This document shows, one piece after another, positions 48,877 through 56,296 of a stretch of 64,000 bases of DNA. Positions within the stretch are counted from its first letter, which is position 1. Every line of letters begins with the position of its first letter. The position numbers and the translations under genes were made by a program. Below the pieces are notes generated by a model. That model worked only from the letters and a program-made list of their open reading frames with translations. It was not told where the DNA came from and did not search any database. This DNA is from Verrucomicrobiota bacterium (lineage in GTDB: Bacteria > Verrucomicrobiota > Verrucomicrobiia > Limisphaerales > UBA8199), in assembly GCA_050011195.1 (NCBI GenBank), contig JBEKJO010000011.1, positions 4,958 to 68,957 on the forward strand. Reading direction: 5' to 3'.

Positions 48877-49194
48877 TCAAGCGTTAGCGCCATCCTCCCG
48901 GCAGTCACCGCATAAAAACTGCCGTCCATCGAAGAAGGTCCTGAAGGCCCGCATCCTGCGCCCGCACCGGTCGCAGAACTCATAAACCTCTCGCGGGTCC
49001 AGTCTAACGGCGATCCAGACCCGGCCGTGGGCTTTGCGGACCAGCTCGATCTTTTCCGCCACCTCATCTTCCCAATAGTCAAAAACCCTGGCCTTGCTGC
49101 GGTCGTCGGTGAATTCCCAGTGCATCGCGCTCCCGGCGAGATACTGCCCGTCATCGTTGACAATCAACACCTTGACCGCCTCGCGACCATTCAT
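48877..49194 (-). CDS. Small hypothetical protein P1 (105 aa) with C-terminal zinc ribbon
   Basis: CDRCG-x16-CGDC four-Cys ribbon. The acidic N-terminal domain loosely resembles P2 and P3. The alternative 132-aa frame over the same DNA is Ser/Gly/Arg-rich and not protein-like. Confidence 0.55.
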   Translation of the reverse strand: MNGREAVKVLIVNDDGQYLAGSAMHWEFTDDRSKARVFDYWEDEVAEKIELVRKAHGRVWIAVRLDPREVYEFCDRCGRRMRAFRTFFDGRQFLCGDCREDGANA

Positions 49195-49258
49195 TGACGC
49201 AACCTAATTCCAAAGGACCTCTCTGACCAGCGGGCTGTCATGGGGGCTTTCGGGGCCG

Positions 49259-52200
49259 CTAATTAAGCGAGAAATTCACCCGGCTTTGCCCTTTGGCGGA
49301 TGCCCCGGTGGACTTGGGCGTGACGAGAAACAAACGGTCGGCGGTGACCTTTCCGCTTTGGAGGAGGACGGACTGTACCGCCTGGGCCCGTTGCTTGATC
49401 AGGTCCCGCTGCTCGTTCTCGGACACCTGGATGACGGAAACCAGCCTGGCTTCGATTTGGTCGAGGGTCAGGGGAGCGCCGTCGGGAGCGGTCGGGAGCT
49501 GTGCGCGGGAGGGCGGTTTGGCGGTGGACGAGCTCCTGGCCACGGTCGTCATCAGCGCCGTGGCGCCTTTGCATTCTGACGCCACCGGGCTTTTCCGGGC
49601 GGGCTTGCCCGAAACCTTGGCGACCTGAGCCTGACCGCCTTGCCCCGCCAATGTGCGCGCGGAAACCGACGCGGCGGTGTTGGTATCCGTGGCCGCGGCG
49701 GCGGCCTCCAGCACGAGCGTCTGGTTCGTGCCGAGTTCCGTGAATATCTGTTTGAGGAGCCGCCCGCGTTCCGCAGGTTCGAGTTGGAGGGTTTCGAGGC
49801 TCGGGACCGTCTGGCCGGCGTCGGCCAGTTCCTTGAGGCGAAGAACTTTGGCTTGTTGCTCCAACTTCAGGCGGGCCAGCGCCGCGCGGTCCAGCTCCGG
49901 ATCGAACGAGCCGGCGATTTCCAGGTTCAGCGCCGGACGCTCGCAAAGCGCCTTGACGAGCTTGTCCAGCTTTTGCGCCTCGGTGTCGGGAATATCGGCC
50001 CTGCCCGGCTGGAACTCCACAAAGCTCAGTTCCTCCCCGCCGCCCACCAGCGCCCCCAGCAGGGAGAAAGGCGACGCGACCGCCTTGACGATAAGATTGA
50101 AGATCGCCTGCCAAACAAGCGGGGCGATCGCGAACTTGGGATCGTCGGTCTTGCCGCTCAACGGGATGTCGAGATTGATTTGCCCGTTGCGGTCTTTGAA
50201 GAGGGCCACGGCGAGCTTGACCGGCAAATGAGTGGCGTTGGTGCTGTCATTGCGCGGACCGAGGGTAAAATGGTCGATCAGGAACTTGTTTTCCGCCTTG
50301 AGCTGCTTCTGGCTGATGTCGTAGTGCAGCCCCATCGTGAGCTTGCCCTTGTTCAGGGGATGGCCGGCGTATTTCTCCAGGTAAGTCGTAAAGGCCGTCA
50401 GGTCCGTGTTCGTGAAAGCGACCGCCAGGTCCAGTTGCAGGTCTTTGGCCAGCGGATTGACCTTGCCGGAAATGGAGAACGGCGAGCCGGCGTCCACCTT
50501 GCCGCGGACATCCACCGTCGCCGTGCTTTGCTCCTGCGACGACAGGCCCTTGACGGTGCCGCCGAATTCCTGCACGTCAAAAGCCGCATGTGGCTCGATG
50601 GACTCGTCGGAGAAATGGAAGGCCGCGTTCTCCAGCGCGAGCGTGCCAAGCTGGACCGGGAACTCGCCGGCTTTCGCCGGCGTCGCGGTCGCCGCGGGAG
50701 CCGCAGGAGTGGCGGAAGCACCCGCCGCCTTTTCCGGCAGGACAGTCTTGAGGTTCGGGCGGTGGTCCGGTCCGATGATTACGCTGGTCTGGAGGCCGCG
50801 CCATTTGACCTCCTGCGCTTGCAATTGGTTGGGCTGCAAGTCCAGGTCAATGCCCGTCACGTCGAGCGCGTCCCACTTCACGAATTCCTTGAAGAGCACC
50901 TGATCCGTAGTAACGAAGTTGGTGAGGCTGATGTCGCCCGCGAACTTCACCAGCGGCGCGCCCGCGCCGGGCGGGGCATAGCGCACCCGGCCCTGAGTGC
51001 CGAATCGTCCGCTGGTGATAGCCAGGCGCGCCTGCTCGCTCACATACGGCTGGAAGGGGCGCAAGTCGAGATCGCTAACGGCGATTTCCAGGTCGGCCAG
51101 CGGCGGCGCAATCTTCGCGGTGCCGTGCACCGTCAACGTGCCGGCCTGGTTCAGCCGCGCGGACAGCGACACCGTTATCGGCTCATTGCTCACCGTGCTA
51201 AGCCCTTTCACGTTGAAGGCGAGTTGGTCGAGGCTCAAAGTGGCGGGCTTGGCCGGCTTCTGATCCTCCAGTTTGATGGTGTAGTCGTCAAAGGCGATTT
51301 CTTTCAGGAGGACAGTCCAAGGCGGTTCGCTGGGAGCGGGGTTGTTGGTGGTGGGCGGGCTTGCTGCCGGCGGATTCACCAGACCCAGCAAGTTGATTGT
51401 CCCGTCCTTCATCTGCCGCGCGAGAATTGAACCGCCGGCGGACTTGACCAGGCCCACTTCTATCCGGCGGTCGGCGAGGCTGGCCTCGGTCCGCTCGACG
51501 GAGAAAGATGGAATGCCGACCACTGTCTCGCCGGTGTCCGCCGCTTTGAGCTGGAAGCCCGTCAGGGCAACGCCGGCGTTGGAGACGGTGACCAGCGGCG
51601 CGTTGGAGGAGCTGGCAAACCGGTATTCCGCCCCGGCGTCGAGTTTGCCGGCCAGCACTTCACCCCGCAGGGTGTCCTCGAAATAGGGCGCATATTTCTT
51701 GATCTCCAGCCCGGCCAGCTTGATCTCCCCGGCCGAGCGCTGCGGCGCGAGGCAAAACGTGCCGCTGCCGGCGACCCTCTCACCGGCTTCGGTGGCCACA
51801 CTGAATTCGTAAGCCGCGTCCGAGTCCGGGCGGGTGGTGAAGCGCTGCAAGTGAACCCGAATCGGCTTGAGCGTGGTCTCAAATCGGCTGTGCCGGCTCA
51901 GGTCGGTGAACGAGATGGCCGCGTCGTTGAGCGCGAAGTCATCAACTGACAAAGTCCACGGCGTGGAGGGGGTGGACGCGGCGGCGTTGGTGGGGGCGGG
52001 CCTGGCGGGCGGCGGCTCCAGCAGCCCGTTCAGATTCAGCGAGCCGTCTTTCTCGAGGCGGACGATATTGGCGCATCGAGCGATCCCGAACTTGCCGACG
52101 TGCAGGTTGCGCTGCCGCAGATCAAAATCCATTGACCGGAGGGCCAACCACGGGAGAGAGGTCACGATCTCCCCGGTGTTCAGGTCTTTGACCTTCAAGC

Positions 52201-53053
52201 CGCCCAGCACGACGGTGCCGTTGGTGAGGCTGGCGTCGAAACCGTTGGTCCCGGCGGCGAGGGCGTAGTCGGCGCGGACGTTGAGCCGTCCCTCGGTGAT
52301 TTCCGCGCGGAGGTAATCCCGCACCAGGGGGGTCCACCTGCTCAGTTCGGCGCCCGCCAGCTCGAAGTGGCCGCGCGACTCGAACGGCTGCGCCACCAGG
52401 CTGCCGGCCCAGGCAAAGCCCCGGCCCGAGTCGTTCCTGGCCTCGAACGAATAGACGCTGCCCTTGCCCACGCGGGTGGTGAGATTGGTCAGTGAAAGGT
52501 TGATCGGCTTGAACTCGGTATGCAGCGGCAGGCGGTGCGTCTCATCGTCCACCGTGAACGCCCCGTCATCAATGTGCAGCCACCAGACGTTGACGCGGGG
52601 CAAAGCGCCTGGTTTCTCGGGTTTGGGCGGGGCGGGCGCGGCCTCGTCGAACATGTTGGCAAAGTTGAACCGCCCATCCTTGAACAGGATCACGTGTCCG
52701 TAAGGCTGCTTGAGACCGATCTCGGCGAACGTCCAGGCGAAGCGCACCAGCGACGAGAGCTGGAAGTTCACGTACAACTCCTCCCACGAGGCGAAGACCT
52801 GCCCGTCCGGCTCCGTCAGCGACAGGCCGCGGATGGTCAGCGACAGGACCAGGGGGTTGAACTTCACCTGGCGAATCGCCGCCTGGCGTTTGGTCGCAGC
52901 GGGCAGCCGCTTGAGCAGTTGCGACTTGATGATCGGCGGCAGCACGAAGAACCCGGCCAGGACATAAACCAGAAAGACCGCCCCGGCCCACAGCAGGCGT
53001 CGGCGCCAACGCGGCCGTTTAGGGGCGTGCAAAGTTGAATTTCGTATGGCCAT
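49259..53053 (-). CDS. DUF748 domain-containing giant envelope protein (AsmA-like architecture)
   Basis: Start at MAIRNSTLHAPKRPRWRRRLLWAGAVFLVYVLAGFFVLPPII (TM anchor), followed by the DUF748 signature KFNPLVLSLTIRGLSLTEPDG...FNFANMF. The 81 upstream in-frame codons cross an intergenic palindrome. Confidence 0.88.
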   Translation of the reverse strand: MAIRNSTLHAPKRPRWRRRLLWAGAVFLVYVLAGFFVLPPIIKSQLLKRLPAATKRQAAIRQVKFNPLVLSLTIRGLSLTEPDGQVFASWEELYVNFQLSSLVRFAWTFAEIGLKQPYGHVILFKDGRFNFANMFDEAAPAPPKPEKPGALPRVNVWWLHIDDGAFTVDDETHRLPLHTEFKPINLSLTNLTTRVGKGSVYSFEARNDSGRGFAWAGSLVAQPFESRGHFELAGAELSRWTPLVRDYLRAEITEGRLNVRADYALAAGTNGFDASLTNGTVVLGGLKVKDLNTGEIVTSLPWLALRSMDFDLRQRNLHVGKFGIARCANIVRLEKDGSLNLNGLLEPPPARPAPTNAAASTPSTPWTLSVDDFALNDAAISFTDLSRHSRFETTLKPIRVHLQRFTTRPDSDAAYEFSVATEAGERVAGSGTFCLAPQRSAGEIKLAGLEIKKYAPYFEDTLRGEVLAGKLDAGAEYRFASSSNAPLVTVSNAGVALTGFQLKAADTGETVVGIPSFSVERTEASLADRRIEVGLVKSAGGSILARQMKDGTINLLGLVNPPAASPPTTNNPAPSEPPWTVLLKEIAFDDYTIKLEDQKPAKPATLSLDQLAFNVKGLSTVSNEPITVSLSARLNQAGTLTVHGTAKIAPPLADLEIAVSDLDLRPFQPYVSEQARLAITSGRFGTQGRVRYAPPGAGAPLVKFAGDISLTNFVTTDQVLFKEFVKWDALDVTGIDLDLQPNQLQAQEVKWRGLQTSVIIGPDHRPNLKTVLPEKAAGASATPAAPAATATPAKAGEFPVQLGTLALENAAFHFSDESIEPHAAFDVQEFGGTVKGLSSQEQSTATVDVRGKVDAGSPFSISGKVNPLAKDLQLDLAVAFTNTDLTAFTTYLEKYAGHPLNKGKLTMGLHYDISQKQLKAENKFLIDHFTLGPRNDSTNATHLPVKLAVALFKDRNGQINLDIPLSGKTDDPKFAIAPLVWQAIFNLIVKAVASPFSLLGALVGGGEELSFVEFQPGRADIPDTEAQKLDKLVKALCERPALNLEIAGSFDPELDRAALARLKLEQQAKVLRLKELADAGQTVPSLETLQLEPAERGRLLKQIFTELGTNQTLVLEAAAAATDTNTAASVSARTLAGQGGQAQVAKVSGKPARKSPVASECKGATALMTTVARSSSTAKPPSRAQLPTAPDGAPLTLDQIEARLVSVIQVSENEQRDLIKQRAQAVQSVLLQSGKVTADRLFLVTPKSTGASAKGQSRVNFSLN

Positions 53054-53153
53054 CTGACCCGGCGTAATTGTAGCACGGGTCGGCAAGATCAACAGCCGGA
53101 AAAATGGGGCGCATCGACATGGCCACCAAGGAGTGAGAACACCCAACGGTGAC

Positions 53154-53256
53154 GGACCGCGAGCCGTCCCCGGCTCGCAGCAGCCACCGACGCGAAACGA
53201 CCATCGAAGCGCTGGCACCTTCCAATGCGCTGCGAGCCGGGGACGGCTCGCGGTCC
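53154..53256. repeat. Perfect 28-bp inverted repeat with nested hairpins (REP-like) in a divergent promoter region
   Basis: GGACCGCGAGCCGTCCCCGGCTCGCAGC (53154-53181) and its exact reverse complement (53229-53256). Each arm itself folds as GCGAGCCG-TCCC-CGGCTCGC. Confidence 0.85.
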
Positions 53257-53329
53257 GGTGGTGCTGCCAAGATACGCCGGAAAAATGTCTGGCCATCTTT
53301 CCCGGCGCCGGCCAGATTCCGGCACGTCT

Positions 53330-54817
53330 ATGGCCGAGCCGCTCAAGCTGACGCGCATCCCGTCGCTCAAATCCGTCGCCGAGTTCCGCGCTCGCGTGGC
53401 GTCGCTGGAAATTGACCTGCCCTGCGAGGACGCCATCGCCACCGGCCAGGCCTCACCCCTCGCCCAGCCGCTCCGGGCGATTTCCATCAACGGCAAGCAC
53501 CTCGGCAACCGCTACGCCGTCCAGCCCATGGAAGGCTGGGACGCCACCACCACCGGCGGCCCCACCGACGATGTCCTCCGGCGCTGGCAACGATTCGGCG
53601 AAACCGGCGCGAAGCTCATCTTCGGCGGCGAAGCCATGGCCGTGCGCCCCGATGGCCGGGCCAATCCCAACCAGCTCATCATCAACGAACAGAATAAGGC
53701 CGGCCTGGCGAAGCTCCGCGAAACGCTCATTGCCGCGCACAAAGACCGTTGCGGCGCCGCCGCCGATTTGGTCATCGGCTTTCAACTGACCCACTCCGGC
53801 CGATTCTGCAAACCCAACGACAACTCCCGCCTCGAACCGCGCGTCGCTTATCGGCATCCCCTCCTCGACCCCCCCTTCCAGGTCACCAGCGACGCCCAGG
53901 TCTGGACCGACAGCGAGCTGGAGCGGCTCGTCCAAGACTACGTCAACGCGGCCCGCGTTGCCTGGGACGTGGGCGCCGACTTCGTGGACCTCAAGCATTG
54001 CCACGGCTACCTCCTCCACGAGTTCCTCAGCGCCTTCACGCGCCCGGGCAAATACGGCGGCTCCTTCGAGAACCGCACCCGTTTGCTCCGCGACATCATT
54101 GCCGCCATCCGCGCCAGCGGGAACAGGATTGAATTCGGCGTCCGGCTCAGCGCCTTTGACTTCGTCCCGTTCCTGCCCGACCCGCGGTTCTCGCGGCCGG
54201 GGAAGCCCGGGCCGGGCGTGCCCGCCGATTTCTCGCGCTGCCTGCCTTACCGCTATGCCTTCGGCAGCGACCAGCAGAACCCGCTCGCTTACGACCTGAG
54301 GGAGACGTTCCAGTTCCTCGACCTGTGCGCGGAACTCGGAGTGAAGATCGTGAACCTCAGCGCCGGCTCTCCCTACTACAACCCCCATATTCAGCGGCCC
54401 GCAGCCTATCCGCCGTCGGATGGCTACCAGCCGCCCGAAGACCCGCTGGTCGGCGTCGCCCGGCAAATCAACGTCGTGCGCCAGCTCAAGGCCCGCGCGC
54501 CCGGGAGCCTTCTGCTCGTTGGTAGCGCCTACAGCTACTTGCAGGAATACCTGCCTCATGTGGCGCAGCATGTCCTCCGCCACGGCTGGGCCGATCTCAT
54601 CGGGATTGGCCGCGTGGTGCTCTCCTACCCGCGTATGCTGGCCGACGCGATAGGGCAGGGGACCCTCTCCGCCAAATCCATCTGCCGCACCTTCAGCGAC
54701 TGCACCACCGCCCCGCGCAACGGCCTGATCAGCGGCTGCTACCCCCTGGACCGCTACTATGCCGCCAAACCCGAGTTCCAAAAGCTCAAAGCCATCAAAA
54801 AGCCCCAGCCCCTATAA
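53330..54817 (+). CDS. NADH:flavin oxidoreductase (Old Yellow Enzyme / 2,4-dienoyl-CoA-reductase-like TIM barrel)
   Basis: Motifs FQLTHSGRF and HCHGYLLHEFLS. Start at MAEPLKLTRIPS. Confidence 0.9.
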   Translation: MAEPLKLTRIPSLKSVAEFRARVASLEIDLPCEDAIATGQASPLAQPLRAISINGKHLGNRYAVQPMEGWDATTTGGPTDDVLRRWQRFGETGAKLIFGGEAMAVRPDGRANPNQLIINEQNKAGLAKLRETLIAAHKDRCGAAADLVIGFQLTHSGRFCKPNDNSRLEPRVAYRHPLLDPPFQVTSDAQVWTDSELERLVQDYVNAARVAWDVGADFVDLKHCHGYLLHEFLSAFTRPGKYGGSFENRTRLLRDIIAAIRASGNRIEFGVRLSAFDFVPFLPDPRFSRPGKPGPGVPADFSRCLPYRYAFGSDQQNPLAYDLRETFQFLDLCAELGVKIVNLSAGSPYYNPHIQRPAAYPPSDGYQPPEDPLVGVARQINVVRQLKARAPGSLLLVGSAYSYLQEYLPHVAQHVLRHGWADLIGIGRVVLSYPRMLADAIGQGTLSAKSICRTFSDCTTAPRNGLISGCYPLDRYYAAKPEFQKLKAIKKPQPL

Positions 54818-54907
54818 CCGCTGCTTCCTGGAAAACCCGGCCCGCCCTGGCGGATTTTAGAGAATCTGGCGTGCCGTCGGGCAAGCGCTCTGACCTCCCG
54901 CCGCCCT

Positions 54908-54931
54908 TTCCCCCTCGGGGAACGCGTTTTT
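54908..54931 (+). terminator. Candidate intrinsic terminator after the OYE gene
   Basis: TTCCCC-CTC-GGGGAA followed by cgcgTTTTT. A near-copy (CCCCACTCCGGGGGAACGGTTTTCC) lies at ~54982-55006. Confidence 0.4.
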
Positions 54932-54975
54932 CCTCCAAGTCCACCAAGTCCACCAAGTCCATCCCGTCCACCCCT
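54931..54975 (+). repeat. Five tandem 9-nt units (TCCACCAAG-like)
   Basis: tcctccaag tccaccaag tccaccaag tccatcccg tccacccc; intergenic. Confidence 0.8.
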
Positions 54976-55076
54976 TTTAGGCCCCACTCCGGGGGAACGG
55001 TTTTCCATGATTATTCACTGAGTCCTGCTGGCGGCTTCGCCCTCAGCCGAAAAAGCCAATGGGTCTAACTCTCTAC

Positions 55077-55103
55077 TTGACAGTGTGATAGAAATAGTAT
55101 AAA
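55077..55103 (+). promoter_or_regulatory. Near-consensus sigma70-type promoter with no ORF downstream
   Basis: TTGACA (55077-55082) and TATAAA (55098-55103) with a 15-nt spacer. Reading ATAAAT or TAAATA as the -10 gives a 16- or 17-nt spacer. Confidence 0.5.
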
Positions 55104-55798
55104 TACCCCCCAGCCTCGTGGCATACCCAGGCCACGGCTCCGGCGAACGGGCCTCAGAACCGTTGCCGGTAGCGTCGAACCCGACACGACTATGGGCGCA
55201 AGGGCAGAAAACCCCCTTGCGCCCCTCCGTGCGACCGGGGCGAAAACGGGTTGTTGTGGACGGAATACTGGCTCCGGCATGATGCCGCTCCCATGATCCT
55301 CCCATTACCTGCTATTCCCCCGCCAGCAGTAGTCTTCGTGCCTGCGGTAGCCCCCAAGGTCTGTCCAAATATGGCGCAAACTACTGTGCCTGCTCGCCTT
55401 ACAGGAAATAGTGCATCGTCGAGCTGGAAGTGGTATCAATCCAAAATCGGGAAGTCTTCACCTGACAGGTGAACAATTCCAACTGCGGCGCAGTTGCGGT
55501 GCATCCATGCGAAGTGCTTGATAGGGCGAGACTTCTGACTGGCCGTGCACTTGAAATGACGGCTCCAAGTGCGGCTTCTAGGTTGATAATCAATGACTTA
55601 CGCACTTAGCCGCAGGTCCGAGGGGCCAAAATGGCGGGAAACAGGGGGGGGTAGCAGCATGATCCGGGGTGCTTTTCAGTCCCCTCTTTCCCCCGCTGTC
55701 CACTAATAGGACACTCAAACACTGCCAAGTTGTATTACAGCCGCTAATACACTCAGAATCACATGAAGCGGAGACACCGGGTCGGCGATGGCGGTGGA
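55104..55798 (+). other. Lower-GC region with no credible ORF but several hairpins or dyads, downstream of the orphan promoter (candidate ncRNA or decayed element)
   Basis: 11-bp stem hairpin at 55194-55224, palindrome TTCACCTGACAGGTGAA at 55457-55473, and a 7-bp stem at 55480-55496. Only composition-poor ORFs of 73 aa or less occur. Confidence 0.3.
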
Positions 55799-56278
55799 TT
55801 ACTTCATGAGGCGATAGAAGCGGTTGCCGGTGGGCGGGGACTGGATGTAGATGCAGTTCGCCCCGTTCGTGACGTAGGAACAGGGCGTCCAGCCGCTCCC
55901 CGTGGTCACTAGGTTCGCCGTGGCCTGCAACTGCCAACTCGCAGCGGGCAACGCCCACCAGACGCAGACCGTGTTGGTGGCCGTGCGCATGACCGAGAGA
56001 TAGGGCGCGCCTGGCGTTTGAACGGCGAACAAACTCCAGAAGCCGCCGACGAGCGAGAAACTCCCACCGGTCATGGCTTGCTGGCTCGCATCCGGCTGGC
56101 CGATGGTGCCGCTGACGGAATACTGGCCGTTGGTGCTCGTGCCGCCGCCGCCGGCGACTTTATACCAGGGAATGGAATATGGCTGTGCCTCAACCTGCAT
56201 GGCAAATGCGACAAGCGCCAGCGCCAAGAGAAAGCTGCCTGCGCCTCTGCCGGGAAATAGTGTTTTCTTCGTGTTCAT
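55799..56278 (-). CDS. Small secreted protein (159 aa) with GGFW motif and the shared C-terminal NRFYRL tail
   Basis: Signal peptide FLLALALVAFAMQVEA. Motifs GGGTSTNGQYSVSGTIGQPDA...GGSFSLVGGFW, ending TGNRFYRLMK. Lies 18 nt downstream of the adhesin-like gene. Confidence 0.7.
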   Translation of the reverse strand: MNTKKTLFPGRGAGSFLLALALVAFAMQVEAQPYSIPWYKVAGGGGTSTNGQYSVSGTIGQPDASQQAMTGGSFSLVGGFWSLFAVQTPGAPYLSVMRTATNTVCVWWALPAASWQLQATANLVTTGSGWTPCSYVTNGANCIYIQSPPTGNRFYRLMK

Positions 56279-56296
56279 AAGAATTATCTCCGCAAA

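Noticed and set aside
48765-49163. A 132-aa alternative frame overlapping P1, plus 103- and 121-aa frames overlapping P2.
   Set aside because: These are Ser/Gly/Arg/Pro-rich translations. The chosen P1 and P2 frames have balanced composition, a CxxC...CxxC ribbon (P1), an SD (P2), and mutual similarity (P2/P3).
55251-55605. The 73-aa (+) and 68-aa (-) ORFs in the 55.1-55.8 kb region.
   Set aside because: Neither has an SD or a plausible start context. Both have skewed Ser/Thr/Pro/Ala composition, overlap each other on opposite strands, and show no recognisable motif.
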